64,000 nucleotides of DNA, taken from the NCBI RefSeq assembly GCF_009914755.1, contig NC_060927.1, one strand, 5' to 3'. The position numbers and the translations under genes are program-made. The notes beneath the pieces are model-generated. The model was given only the letters and a program-made list of their open reading frames with translations, was not told where the DNA came from and did no database searches. Origin of the DNA: the human T2T-CHM13v2.0 reference genome, Homo sapiens. Positions within the stretch are counted from its first letter, which is position 1. Each line of letters begins with the position of its first letter. This document shows, piece after piece, positions 22,147-38,488 of the stretch.

Positions 22147-23028
22147 TAGAGACGGGGATCTCCCTAGGTTACCCAGGCTGGTCTCAAACTCCTGGACTCA
22201 AGCGACCCGCCTCAGCCTCCCCCAAGGTGCTGGAATTACAGGTGTGAGGCACCGCACCCGGTCCAAAGTAGTTTTTATATTTTAAATCCCCCAATTTCTA
22301 GAAGATATGAGCTTTCTGACATGGTTCCATATAAATAAATGTGAACTTGCTTAGTTTGCATTGTGAGGAAAAAGGGACAGGTTTGAAGACGAAAAGGAAA
22401 TGGCACAGAGGTCCTGCCACTCTCTGACAGGGATTCGGCAATGACAAAGTGCAGAGTTTCTGGTCTCATTAGCAGTCCCCGCCCCACCGCACTGCCATGA
22501 CACTCGCTCACTTTCTCCCCAGGCTCTCCTCGCCTTCATCCCCATGCTCATCTCTGCCTAAGCTTCTTCCGAGGCCACTCATAACGCTTCACCTCTGCTC
22601 CCAGGAATTCTCACATCCTCTTCGCGTTGGCCCCACTTGCTGTCACGGCAAGTTTCAGTCCGGGTGGTGCCCTGCCCCTGTCTATAGACTCTGGCCTGTA
22701 AAACCTCACTGCACCCCTCTGGCCTCTTCGCCCAGTCTCTCAGCTGCCACCTCCTCTCCAGCAGTCTTGGATCTGAGCTTCACCCTCCTCTGCTGCCCTT
22801 GCCCTCCGCAAATCCCACCCACCCTCCTCACCCTAAGCCGGTTCCTTCGTCCCATCCCCGCCCCGCCCGTCCTTCCTCTGCGAAATGCTTCCCAAACAAG
22901 TCCTCCGCAGCCGTCGTCCTCAAGACTCGTCGCGCCCGGCCCTTCTCTCCGTGACCCCGCGCCCTCCCAAGCCTCCCGGGGCTCCGGCGCCTGTCGCTGC
23001 CCCGACTCCGCGGCGGCTCCCAGCCCAC

Positions 23029-23093
23029 CTGCTCTCCTCAGGCAGGCGCTCCTCGCCGCCTCCGAGCTCCATTCCCGCGCCCTCCGGCCGCAT
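23029..23093 (-). CDS. RUBCN: Rubicon coding exon 1 (CDS part)
   Basis: ATG at 23093-23091 gives MRPEGAGMELGGGEERLPEES+AG, followed by donor CAG|gtgggc. Lies in a CpG island and matches the recalled Rubicon N-terminus. Confidence 0.95.
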
Positions 23094-23328
23094 CCGGGGC
23101 GGTGAGGCCGCCTCTTCGCCCAAGAGAGGCGTCCCTGCCGCTTCGCCCTTCAGGGCTCCCGGGGCCCCCTGGGGCCGGAGGAGGCACCTGCGGCCGGTGG
23201 GCTCCGGGTGATGCGCTACACCCGGGCGGCGACAGCGGGAGGGACCGCCGCCTGGGCTGCGGCTTCTATCCCGGCCACCCCCACTTCCGGCTCCGGGGAC
23301 TACAGCCCCCGGCGAGCACTCCGAGGCT

Positions 23329-23472
23329 AGGCCGCTCCCGCAGGACGCGTCCTCCAATCCCAGGCCGCGCTCGCAGACCGCGCCCCTCCAACGGCAGGCC
23401 GCTCCCGCAAGCCGCGCCCTCCAATCCCAGGCCGCTCCCGCAGGCCGCGCCCTCCAATCGCAGGCCGCGCTC
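23329..23472. repeat. 33-34 bp GC-rich promoter minisatellite, about 4.3 copies
   Basis: Unit aggccgctcccgcaggccgcgccctccaatccc; ccaat/ccaac cores at 23354, 23388, 23421, 23454. Confidence 0.85.
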
Positions 23473-24211
23473 GTGGATTACTACGCACCCGGTGGTTGGC
23501 TGGGCCGGCTTGCAAGCGGCGGGGGACCTTGGTCTCAGGAATCCGTGCCGGGGCGTATCCTTATTCACCCCCGTGACATTACACGCTGGGGACCGAACTC
23601 AGTCCGAGATGTAGACTAGGCAATAACGCTAATCTAATCCCGGTACGATTAACCCCACTCAGCCCGCCCTGGCTTAATGTCCGCTGGTGGTGTTTGGAGA
23701 CCTCGAGCATTTAAATGAAGCGCTCACAAACAAGAGCACAGGTTGCTTTGGGATCATAAAAGAGCAGGAGAGAAAGGCTTCTGGGGGCTCTCGGAAGATG
23801 GATGTCAACGCAGAGTTTTCAAGGCTGAGTACGGGTTAGCCAGGAGAAAGAAGAGAAGGTGGAGAGAGCAACACGGCAGATACAAGGAAGGAAGTGCTGG
23901 CTTGGGAACTGCAGGTGCTGGGTAGCCAGAGCTGGGAAGGAGTGAGCAGCAGCATGGTGTGGGCATTCTGGTGTGGGGAAACCAGATCATGAAATGCCAT
24001 TTTAAGGAGTTTGGATTTTATCCTGAAAACAATCAGCAAATCAAGCATATGCAAATCAAGAAGTGATTTGATCGAATCTGATGAGAAAGCCACTTTTGAC
24101 AATGTGGACAGGAGATGGGGCAGATATAATACTATATTGAGGTAACGGTGGAAGGCTAGATAGGAGACTGGTCATCCTTATGGGGGATAACCAAGTAATG
24201 CTAAGAAGTGA

Positions 24212-24436
<225 letters not shown>

Positions 24437-25524
24437 TGATTTTTTAAAAGAAGCTAGGATCTGCATTTTTAAGCACTACTTCCAAATTTTTAAACGTTGG
24501 CAACAAATTTTTTAAACTTTCAACTTTGCACAGGCCAAACACAGCTTGTCTGTAGGCTGAAGGTGGCCCTTGAGTTGCTAGTTTGCAAACCCAGGCTTAA
24601 ACTACAGCAGCGGTTGAAGAGAACAAGGAGGCTCAGATTACAGCAATGTGAAGGCAACAGAATCAGCACTACTCTATAAAGGACTGACTGTGGCAAGTGA
24701 GGGAGAAAGAGCGATCAAGAATAACTCCGTGAAAAACTAATGACTCTATATTAAAATAATATATGGCTTTTAGGTATTTTCAAACTTGACAAAAGTGTTT
24801 TGGCAATTAAAAATGAAATGAAAGAGCCTCTTGAAGCCATTTATGATTTCATTTAGGTTAAAAAAATACTCTCTTTCAAACTTTCTCATTTTCCTACTAA
24901 ACGATTATACTTCTTTAAGAAAGGGGCAATATTACTCATTGGGATTTCTCTTCCTTCTGTGACTTTCTTCTCTTTTGGAGACGCAGTCTTGCTCTGTCAC
25001 CCAGGCTGGGGTGCAGTAGCGCTGCCACAGTTCACTGCAGCCTCAACCTCCTCAAGCGGATCCTCTCACCTCAGCTTCCCAAGTAGCTGGGACCACAGGC
25101 AGTGCCACTATGCCCAGCTAATTTGTTTTTTTTTTTTTAATTTTTGGTAGAGACAGGGTCTCACTATGCTGCCTAAGCTGGTCTCAAATTCCTGGGCTCA
25201 AGCAGTCCTCCTGCCTCAGTCGCCCAAAAAGTATTGGGATTACAGGCATGAGGCACCATACCTGGCCTTACTTCTAGTTCTATAAATGTATGAACTTTAT
25301 TTTTTGGCATACAGTATAATCCCAAATTAACACTATATTATTTATTTATTTATTTTTGAGACAGAGTTTCACTCTTGTTGGCTAGACTGGAGTGCAATGG
25401 CGCGATCGGGTTCAAGCGATTCTCCTGCCTCAGCCTCCTGAGCAGCTGGGATTACAGGCATCCGCCACCACGCCCGGCTAATTTTGTATTTTTTAGTAGG
25501 GACAAGGTTTCTCCATGTTGGTCA

Positions 25525-25722
<198 letters not shown>

Positions 25723-25869
25723 CTACTGCACTCCAGCCTGGGCGATAAGAGCAAGACTTCGTCTGAAAAAAGAAAAAAAAAAAAGGCCGGGCGTGGTGGC
25801 TCATGCCTGTAATCCCAGCACTTTGGGAGGTCAAGGCGGGCAGATCACGAGGTCAGGAGATGGAGACTA

Positions 25870-26088
<219 letters not shown>

Positions 26089-26189
26089 TCAAAAAAAAAG
26101 GCAATCAGCTTTATCAGGAAATCCTAGGGGCCAGAAGCGGTGGCTCACGCCTGTAATCTCAACACTGGGAGGCCCAGGCAGGCGGGTCA

Positions 26190-26489
<300 letters not shown>

Positions 26490-26662
26490 TCAAGTTACAT
26501 GTACTGGATTTTCTTTAAAGCCATTAATAAACATGACAATAATCTGCACTAGCCATGCGTTACCTATCCCATCCCTCTACTTTCCCTCATAATCCTGAAC
26601 CCCTTCTTTTGTTTTTTTTTTCTTTTGAGATGGAGTCTCGCTCTGTCACTCAGGCTGGATCA

Positions 26663-27319
<657 letters not shown>

Positions 27320-27912
27320 TAATTCCTGCAACTTTCTCTCAAATTGTCTAACAACAACTAATATCTCTATACAGAGAGAAAGCAAATGTGGCAAAACATT
27401 AATTGGTGAAGTAGAGGATATATGGGTATTCATTGCACTATTTTTGCAACTTTTCTCTACATTTGCAAGTTTAAAAAATAGTCAAGGTTCTGCTTTCATG
27501 GGGACCTAAAAAAATAGTCAATGATCTTAGTATGGTTTTGTTTTCTTATGACTGTATCCTGCTAAATATAACAAAAATTTTAGTGTTTCACATGGAAATT
27601 TTTAATCTTGTAATGATTAACTTTAAAGACAGTTTAAAATTAATTTATGTTTTCCCCATAGGTAGCATTTCTAAAAGTCTTTTAAGCCAATTTTGCCAAA
27701 TGACCAATTCACTGACTTTACCAAATTTACTGATTTACCAAAATTCTTTTTCTGTTAGGCATATATAAAGCTTATAGTAGTTCATCTGATGAGATGATTT
27801 TAAAAGCTTTTGAAGAATTTTGCCAAGTTTTAATTACTTAGCTTTTATTCTGTCTTTATAGCAACATTTCCATCCCCTCTAAGCACTTAGTAGTGGTTCA
27901 TTTATTCAATTA

Positions 27913-28402
<490 letters not shown>

Positions 28403-29531
28403 CTAAAATTACGGGCGCCCGCTGCCGCCTGGCTAATTTTTTGTATTTTTAGTAGAGACGGGGTTTCACTGTGTTAGCCAGGATGGTTTCGATCTCCTGA
28501 CCTCATGATCTGCCCACCTCGGCCTCCCAAAGAAAATGTGCAATTTTTAATGTTAAAATGAAAATTTTAAAAATCTTATTTCTAAGCTGAGTGCAGTGGC
28601 TCACGCCTGTAATAGCAGCACTTTAGGAGGCCGAGGTGGGCGGATCGCTTGAGGTCAGAAGTTCGAGGCCAGCCTGGCCAGCATGGTGAAACCCCATCTC
28701 TACTAAAAATACAAAAATCAGCTGGGCTTGGTGGCGGACGCCTGTAATCCCAGCCACTTGGGAGGCTGAGGCAGGAGAATCACCTGAACCTGGGAAGCGG
28801 AGGTTTCAGTGAGCCGAGATCCCACCACTGCACTCCAGCCTGGGTGACAAAGTGAGACTGCCTCAAAAAAAAAAAATCTTATTTCTAGACTGAGCAAATC
28901 CTTAACATAGTTGACGAATGTTCGTTTTGTCCCTGCCCCAGCTTCCTGCAACTCTCGCTGAGTAAAGCTGCACAGAAGGGACCCTCCACTGCATGAAGAG
29001 GGTCAGAGCTTGAGTGGCTGCTATGTGCAAGACGCTGTGCTTTAGTTAGTCTCCCCCAGCCTGGGCTCCTCATCCCAGAGCAGGGAACCTGCGGGGCACA
29101 GAGAGAAGAAGCCTGGGAGAAGGAGGAATGCCTGAAGACCTGCGACCCAAGAATCCTGGCTCCCTGAGCCTTCCTGGACTACAAATCCATCCAGTACAAA
29201 TTGAGGATATCTTCGAAAAACAAACAGTTTTATGTAAATGGGTGGAATTTTGCACTTTATGTAAATTTGTTTAGCTTTGGAAAATGCCACAGTTGGTCAT
29301 TCAGTGAGTCAATCTAGAACCCCTGGTGGTCAAGACTCCTGCCTTCCCTAGGGAGGGCAAGGCCTAATAAGCTGAGAGGTCCCACCCCTGAGTCCAGGAA
29401 GAATTCCCCTTCAAGTTCCCTTGTCCACCCAGAGCAGATTCCCTAGTCACACAGAACTGATGCTCAGGGACTTAGTGGCCAGTAGTGCTCCTTTAAACTT
29501 GCTAGCTGAGGCGGGCAGGCTCCTCCGGAGC

Positions 29532-29785
29532 TCTTGAGTTTCTTAAGGGCAGCAGCTATGCCTGCAACCCCGTCTGTCATGTTCTCTGCAGTATCCCCAG
29601 CCTCTAGCACAGTGTCTTGAGTTTCTTAAGGGCAGCAGCTATGCCTGCCACCCCGTCTGTCATGTTCTCTGCGGTATCCCCAGCCTCTAGCACAGTGTCT
29701 TGAGTTTCTTAAGGGCAGCAGCTATGCCTGCAACCCCGTCTGTCATGTTCTCTGCGGTATCCCCAGCCTCTAGCACAGTGTCTTG
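29532..29785. repeat. 83-bp triplication in an L2-like 3' end
   Basis: Units start at 29532, 29615, 29698; followed by the L2-type tail gttgaatgaacgaataaatgaa. Confidence 0.9.
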
Positions 29786-30140
29786 CACATAGGAGGACCT
29801 CGAACTCTGTTGAATGAACGAATAAATGAACAAACAAATTTTGAGATTAAAAGGCAGAAGACTAGAACAGGAAAAGTTTACAACAAAGGAAAAGGGCAAC
29901 ACAGAAGAGGGACAGAAAGCTACAGCAAAGTGGCAAAGAAAAGCTACTGCAGCAGAAGACAGCAGCAGACAGGTAGAATGGAAAAAATTGAACAGAAAAG
30001 AGAAGAAAACCTGTAGTGTATATATAAGTAGTTTAAGGGTGCTACGAATTAGCTATTGTTTATTAATAACTAATATTGGCCAGGCGCGGTGGCTCACGCC
30101 TGTAATCCCAAAACTTTGGGAGGCCGAGGTGGGTGGATCA

Positions 30141-30380
<240 letters not shown>

Positions 30381-30539
30381 CTAATATTAGCTAATAATTA
30401 GTTATTATACCTAATACATATTATCTATATATCATATAATATAAATTATACCATACTTCTTTAATATACCAGTATAATACATATTACATCAATATGATTT
30501 CTAGATATCCTCTTTTGAAAAGCAAAAGAGTTAACATAA

Positions 30540-31370
30540 GAAACAGACAAATGAATTACAAGAAAAGGAAATTACATACCAGTGTCACTCATGAAAAGAC
30601 AAAATTCTTGGCAAAATATTAGCAAGTCAAATCCAACAACATGTAAAAAGGATAATATACCATGACCAAGTAGGTTTATCCCAAAAATGCAATATTTGGA
30701 ACATCAACATTCAAAAACAAAATCAACATTCAAAATTTGATAGCCAATGTAATTCGCCATATTAATACATTTTGCAAGAAAAACCTTTTGATAATCTCTA
30801 GATACAGAAAAAGCATCAGATAAAACTCAGCATTTATTCATGATTAACTCTCAGCAAATCAGGAGTAGAAGGGAACTTCCTCAACCTAAAAAAAGGCATT
30901 TTTAAAAATTAGCATCATACTTAATGTTGAAAGACTGAACGCTTTCCCTCTGGGGTTGGGAACAAGGCAAAGATGTTCACTTTCACTACTCCAATTAAAC
31001 ATGATACTAGAGTCCCTAGTCAGTGCAATAAGGCAAGAAAAAGAAAAGGCATACAAATAAAAAACAGTTATGCTATGTGAAATAATCCAGTTAAAAAGTA
31101 TATACTGTATGATTCCATTTATTAAAAATACTAGAAAATGCAAATTAATCTACAGCAACAGAAAACAGATCAGTAGTTGCCTAGATAGTAGGTGGGGGGT
31201 AAGGATTACAAAGGTGAGCAAGAAAACTTTAGAAAATAATGAATATATAATAATATTTATTCAGATTATCGTAGTGTTTTCACAGGTATATATCCTGTAC
31301 ACCTGTATAAACTGCATACTTTCAGTATGTGTCTTTTATTATCAAATATATCTCAAAACTAAGAAAAGGG
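30540..31370 (+). mobile_element. Degraded L1M ORF2 RT fragment and 3' end
   Basis: aaaatattagcaagtcaaatccaacaacatgtaaaaaggataatataccatgaccaagtagg... and atactgtatgattccatttat are L1M hallmarks. Confidence 0.75.
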
Positions 31371-31397
31371 GGATTTAGGCTGGGCACGGTGGCTTCA

Positions 31398-31724
<327 letters not shown>

Positions 31725-31848
31725 TCACACCTGTAATCCCAGCACTTTGGGAGGCTGAGGCGGGCGGATTACCTGAGGTCGGGAGTTCGAGACCAGCCTG
31801 ACCAACATGGTGAAACACTGTCTCTACTAAAAATACAAAATTAGCTCA

Positions 31849-32007
<159 letters not shown>

Positions 32008-32442
32008 TCAAACTGATAAAAAGTTAAGGGGTGAAGTGTGTAAGAGTTTACTACCTTTGAAGAAACATAGATTTCTGTGCACATTATGAAAAAGGAGCCA
32101 GAAAGTGTTAACAGAAAACTATGAGGTTGAGCTGGGCGCGGTGGCTCACACCTGTAATGCCAGCACTTTGGGAGTCTGAGTCGGGTAGATCACCTGAGGT
32201 CAGGAGTTCGAGACCAGCCTGGCCAACATAGTGAAATGCTGTCTCCACTAAAAATACAAAAATTAGCTGGGCGTGGTGCCATGCACCTGTAATCTCAGCT
32301 ATAGGGGAGGTTGAGGAAAAGAATAGCTTAAACCCGGGAGGCGGAGGTTGCAGTGAGATCATGCCACTGCACTCCAGCCTGGGCAACAGAGTGAGACTCT
32401 GTCTCAAAAAAGGAAAGAAAGAAAGAAAAGTATGAGGTTGAG

Positions 32443-33086
32443 AAGGTTGCCAGATTTAGCAAATAAAATAAAAGACTCCCAGTTAAACCTGAATTTCAGT
32501 TAAACAAATGTCAACCTTCAATAATGAGATTCAGAAAATATGACTAAGTATAAAGTTTACTGCAGCACAAAGCTTGAGGATAGCCATCGCGAAACATGAT
32601 TCCAAAGGAATGGGGTCAGTGCTCCAAAGTGAGGAGGCCAAGATTTCACTTATATAGGCAGAAACAGTTGTAACAATTTGATTAGTTTAACTTGCTACAT
32701 TCCAAGGAAGATTCCTTTAATATTCTGTGAGGAGGTGTAATGTTCTCAGGGGTCTTATCTCTGGCACGCCTCAATCATTCCAGATCACTTACAGGAAAAA
32801 GCAGAAGTTACAACTACATGCTGCTTGACTCATGCCATATAGCCATGTCCCTCTCAAAGCTCAGAATAATTTAAAGTTTCAACAGCTTTAAGTTTGAATT
32901 ATTTTATTTCACACAATGAAATGATTCTCTGTTGTAAATATATCCTAAATATTACATGAAACTTACTGTAGTTAAAAAAAAATCACTGTTTATCTGAAAC
33001 GTGGGACATATTTGTACTAAACAATTGTCCGTTGTTTATCTGAAATTCAAATTTAGCTGGCCCTGCATTTTATCTGGCAATCCTGG
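32443..33086. mobile_element. MER33-like DNA element with nested LTR-like insert (~32509-32915)
   Basis: Terminal inverted ggttgccagat...atctggcaatcc; the internal segment runs TG...CA. Family of the insert not identified. Confidence 0.55.
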
Positions 33087-34237
33087 AGGTTGTTTTATCT
33101 ACATTGTGTGAAATGAAGTCTTTTAAAAGGGCAACTGCTTGGATCCCATGTTTATTTTGACTTAGGCGAAGCTGTGGAACTGCTGTACACCAACAAAGGC
33201 TGAATGCCCACGTCCAGTCCAGGGCCTTGTTCACAGCAGGTGCTGAGATATTCTTTGCTCTTCAAGCTGTGTGAAGATAGGGTGTGCATCCGTCTTGCTC
33301 ACTTTTTTTTTTTTTAATCCCCAGGGCCTATTACAGTGCCTGATGCTCAATGAATATATGATTAAATGAATAGCTACCTCTCCTGCCCCAGAAAATTGCA
33401 GGGTTGACCTTTTAACCCTGGCCCTTGTGGTTGGCTGATGGACTTCTTGGACAGGACCCAGTTCCGATTTCTTGGCTTGTCTTCCTCTTTATTTTTACTG
33501 TGTGTGTCTCGGGTTGCTATTTTCTGTTTTGTGTATGAAAAGACCTGCCATTACCCACAATGCTTCACTCTTGCTTTCTTGCCTTTCCCTCTGGAATCTG
33601 GGGATGGCTCCTAGGCCCCAAGACTCTCAGCCCTTGGGGAAACCTGAAAGTCTGAAACACAACAGCTAGGACTGTTTAATCAAATACTGCAGCATGGCCT
33701 TTTGCACTATAGAGACTGGGGATAAGGCTTTGGTTTGGGGGAGAAGATCAGGATAAAAGAGAATCTTTTTTTTTTTTTTAAGACAGGGTCTCACGATGTC
33801 GCCCAGGCTGGTCTCGTACTCCTGGGCTCAAGTGATCCACCTGCCTCGGCCTCCCAAAGTGCTGGGATTACAAGCGTGAGCCACTGCACCAGGTCGAGAA
33901 TCTTTATTATATTAGTGGTAGGGAGGATTTTATACATTTGGGATTTTTATCTGTCCTATAAATACCTGAAGTACAAAATGCCTCCAAACTCTAATTGCAT
34001 TAATTTTCTTCCATAAAATTAAGAACTTAACCTAAGGATCCTCTCTGTAGTTTACTCTCACAAATGAGCAGAGATGGTAGAAGTTATTTCTAGTGACAGA
34101 AGGTGAATGTGGAGAAAAATGACTTGTGCTTAGAGGATTTTAAATATACTTTTCATACTCACTATTCTTACTCCTTTTTCTGGTTTTGAAGATGGGTATG
34201 AGGTCCAGAGACTCTCCCAAAATCATACAGTGAATAA

Positions 34238-34547
<310 letters not shown>

Positions 34548-35644
34548 TGACCTCAGGTGATCCGCCTGCCTCAGCCTCCCAAAGTGCTGGGATGACAGGC
34601 GTGAGCCAGTTTCTCTAGTTTTTAGCAGTCCAGACAAATGAAGGGGCTTCAGGGTGAGAGAGTAGTAAAATCAAGCACATTATGCTAAGGACATACATGA
34701 TATTCTCCTTGACATGCCAAATATTGTTCTTGAGTTTCCGAGTCCAAACTTTCCTCCACTATTAAAGTTTCTTGTGCCCCTTGATAGGTGTGTGGTTCAC
34801 TCTTCCTATATTGTTATGTCCTTGTCATGATAAAAAAAAAAGAGACATCTTAACCTTTGAGAATAAGAAGTTATTTAGAATATTCCCAAAAGCCTAACAA
34901 AAATCATACATTTCCCCAAGATAAGACTACTAGGCTTACAAAAAGGTCATGGTTCTTTGAGTTCAGCTGGAAACATAATCTGTGTGAAGACTCCTGGTTT
35001 TATCCATGCTACATATACAGGAAACGTTCACATTTACTTTTATTGTTAAGGTGACCGCAAAATTGTCACTGCAAGCTTTGCTTTAAATTCAGGCCTGGAA
35101 AGGGGAGCTGGAACAGCTGGCTTTAATTTTTAAGTGTGACATGCATAAGAAATATTTTAAAACATGGGATCCCCAAGCAAAAAATAGTAAATGTGTCATT
35201 GGTGTTGAAGTTGGAAGCCACATGACATTGTGACATGACTAAATTAAGCAAAGGCTACTGTGGTTTTGAGATGGCTGGTTTCCATGCTAAAGGAATTTTT
35301 GCATTTTATGAATTGGAGAGGAGAAAGGCGACAGAGATTTCTAGGTGGACAGAATGCATCTGGTATTGTCCTTAGATGTAAATATCCGAGATAGTTTTAA
35401 GCTGTATGAGGGTGATATAACCTAAACGCTTCCACATAAACGCAGTTACTTCAGGGAAGGAGAATGAGGTAAGAAGAGAGGTAAATACCGTATGTTGTAA
35501 ACGGAAAAAAGTTATCATGCAGGAATTCATCAAATATTAAACTGTTTTCCCGTAGGGATGATTAAAAAGTAAACGAACCCTTCTATCCATTCCCAATGCA
35601 AATGAATTAGAAGAAAATGCAGCTACATCAACAGAGGTACTTAC

Positions 35645-36000
35645 CCCTCCCGAGGGAAGCTGAGGTCTTATTAGGGTAGTGAACACCGTGCCAGATGTTT
35701 TGAGAGTGCCGATTGAGAGAAGGTACAGACACGGGAAACGTTAGCATTTACTTTGGAGTTAAGGTGACGCAGGAACCGTCACTGCAGCGTTTGCTTTGCG
35801 TTCAGATGCGGCAGCTCAGCGCAGCTGTAGGTGGAGGAGCGTGCCAGGGAGGGGGGAGCTGGGATGCAGCTGCAATCTACACTCGCAGGGGTCTGTCCTG
35901 CCTCCCGAGGCTGCGTTGCGGTGGGCGCGAAAGGCTCGTGTGTACCGAAGTATAGGGGACCTGTCTGCAGCAGGAGGGACTCGAAGGACACGGAGGATTA
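35645..36000 (-). other. RUBCN: Candidate upstream non-coding first exon of RUBCN (5' end undefined)
   Basis: Strong minus-strand donor GGG|gtaagt (plus acttac at 35639-35644) at the edge of the FYTTD1 CpG island. I recall a RUBCN isoform that starts at Met61 from a distal promoter. The 36000 boundary is a placeholder. Confidence 0.55.
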
Positions 36001-37100
36001 TATCACTGAAGGCATAAGATTCAGAGGTGCCCGCGGTCTAGCATCCCCCAGTTTGGGCGGAAAGTCGAACTGCTCACAACGGCGGTCCTCGCGAGCGCCT
36101 AGCACAGCGGCTGCAATGCCTCGTCCGATCCTGCGAGGGCCGCTAGGAGCGAGTCACGGCGCGGGGCCGCTCTGGTCGCCCGCGAGTGTCGGTGGCCCCG
36201 CCCCGCCCGCAGCCGCGGGTGGAGACCGAGGACGGCGCCGGCGCGTGCGCGCTCCCTCGGTGCGGCGGGCTGCGTGCGCGAGTGGGAGGTGGCAGGCCTG
36301 CGACTCCGGCCTTGTCCGCGCCCGCTCTCGGCGCGACGTCTCCAGCCATGAACCGGTTTGGTACCCGGTTGGTGGGAGCCACGGCGACTTCTTCGCCGCC
36401 GCCGAAGGCCCGCAGCAATGAAAACCTCGACAAAATAGATATGTCTTTGGGTGAGGGGCCGAGTTGGACCGAGTTGGAGTGCGGGGGAGGGCGCGGGTGG
36501 AAGCCGGCGGCGCGGTTTGTGGGGGCAGGGGCGGTCGGCAGCAGTTGCCGGCGGAGTTTTCTCGCTGGTGGGCGGACCCGAGCGGAGGCCCGGAGGACAG
36601 CCGGGAGCGCAGGCTCGACGCCAGGTGCCCGGCTGGACCGCGAGGGACCCGGGCGTCCCCTCGGCCGCGGCAGTCGGAGGAGGGGCTGTGGAGGCGGGGG
36701 CCGGGGCGCTGCGGGCCCGAAGGTTCGCAGGGTCGCGGGGGGCGTCTCTTCTCCCCGGAGGGGCTACGGCTCGCCGCTCGCCGGCTCTTTGTGAGGAAAG
36801 ATCTGCCGGTTTCCCCGGAGCGCGTTCGCGGTGGGCGTTATCGGGGAGCGAGGGGAATGGTCCGACCGAGCCGTTCTCTCTGAAGAAAGGTCTTGGAGAG
36901 CCCGGCCGGGGCTGCGGTCGGTTAAACCAGCGCTTCCGGAGCTTTCCCTGGTCGCCGGGCGTTCCAGGCCGGCGCCGGCCATGGCTGCCGGGCGCGACTC
37001 TCGGGGCCACCTCCGGCCGCGGCCCCGGAGCGTCTGTCAGAAAGGAAGCAGCGCTCGGCCGCCTGTGGGATGTGGTTGTGTATTGAGCGCTGCCTAGAAA
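35750..37100. promoter_or_regulatory. FYTTD1: CpG-island promoter of FYTTD1, probably bidirectional with distal RUBCN start
   Basis: Very high GC/CpG; tandem GC boxes ccccgccccgccc at ~36196-36208 upstream of the ATG. Confidence 0.88.
36348..36450 (+). CDS. FYTTD1: UIF coding exon 1
   Basis: gccATG; MNRFGTRLVGATATSSPPPKARSNENLDKIDMSL+G (103 nt), donor TGG|gtgagg. Carries the first half of the ALYREF-type UAP56-binding motif DKIDMSLDDII. Confidence 0.96.
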
Positions 37101-38251
37101 AGCACAGTCTCCCTCTCCAGGCCTCAGAGCTAGCTAATGGGGGAGAAAGCAAACATCTTTGAAGGAGAGATGATTGCTGTGGCTCGCTGAGAAGCCAGGT
37201 AAAGCGTGGGGTTCTTGAGCGCATCTGAGAGGGTGGCGTGGTTTCTTGCCGATTATATAAAAACCGGGAGGTTGGTGATTCCATTAAAATCCAGCCCTGA
37301 CACTACCGAGGCACCAGCCGCTGTGGTTAGCTTAGGTGGGCTAAAAGTACGAATATTTTTGTCGGGATTCAAGTGATGGCGTTGGGTGTAAGTCAGCTCT
37401 GCCAGGTGTTTGGCTGGCAGTTTTTCGGATATTTGAAAAGTACCTGACTAGTGGATTCCGAGGCGTACCCTTTCCCAGGACGGTCTTTAGAGTGATAACT
37501 GTCTTGGAAACCTTCTTTCGGTTTTCATTTCTTCCCATTTGTCTTGTGTGTCTTTTGTTGTGGTTTATCTGGAACGTTTTTGGTTCCAGGTGAGATGGGA
37601 ACTATTGATTTCTACGATTGCCACAGTCAGAATCCAGTATGTGAACTAAGCAAATGATCAGAAATAATAGGTTTGGCCTCAAGTCTTGCCTTGCTGCTGG
37701 TTAGTAGTGAGCTTGTAAGAAATGAGAAAGCTGGGGCTGGGCGCGGTGGCTCACGCCTGCAATCCCAGCCCTTTGAAGGCGGAGGCGGAGGCAGGCAGAT
37801 GGCTTGAGCCCAGGAGTTCGAGACCAGCCCGGGCAGCAAGGTGAAATCCCATGTCTACTAAAAATACTAAAATTAGCCGGGCGTGGTGGCCGCGCGCCTG
37901 TAATCCCAGCTAAGACATGAGAATAGCTGGAACCCGCGGGCGGATGTTGCAGTGAGCCGATTGCGCCACTGCACTCCAGCCTGGGCGGCAGAGCGAGACC
38001 CTGTCTCCCCCCGCTCTCCCCCCCCGCAAAAAAGAGAGAGAAACCTTTTGAGGTAAGGCCAAGAAATAATGTAATAATGAATATTTATTGAGTGCTTACT
38101 ACCTACCAGGTCCTGTACTAAGCATTTTATATGTTAACTCAGTTTATCCTCGTCATAACTCTGTGAGGATTCTAGCGATGGAGAGCACGGAACCCAGAAC
38201 CACATTGTCTCAGTTCAGGTCCTGGACTAAGCATTAAATTAAATTAATTAA

Positions 38252-38488
<237 letters not shown>

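Larger units (their letters stand above)
22830..23700. promoter_or_regulatory. RUBCN: CpG-island promoter of RUBCN
   Basis: High GC and CpG density around exon 1; ETS site (acttccgg, ~23283-23290), ggactaca motif (~23297) and repeated CCAAT. Boundaries approximate. Confidence 0.85.

Noticed and set aside
22497-23614. Pro/Ala/Gly-rich ORFs, including 88 in-frame codons upstream of RUBCN Met1
   Set aside because: GC-composition artefact; the upstream TTG start lies in the promoter minisatellite, probably 5' of the TSS.
35713-37284. Overlapping 100-300 aa ORFs on both strands
   Set aside because: Stop-poor CpG-island sequence with mostly non-ATG starts; only 36348-36450 has splice and homology support.
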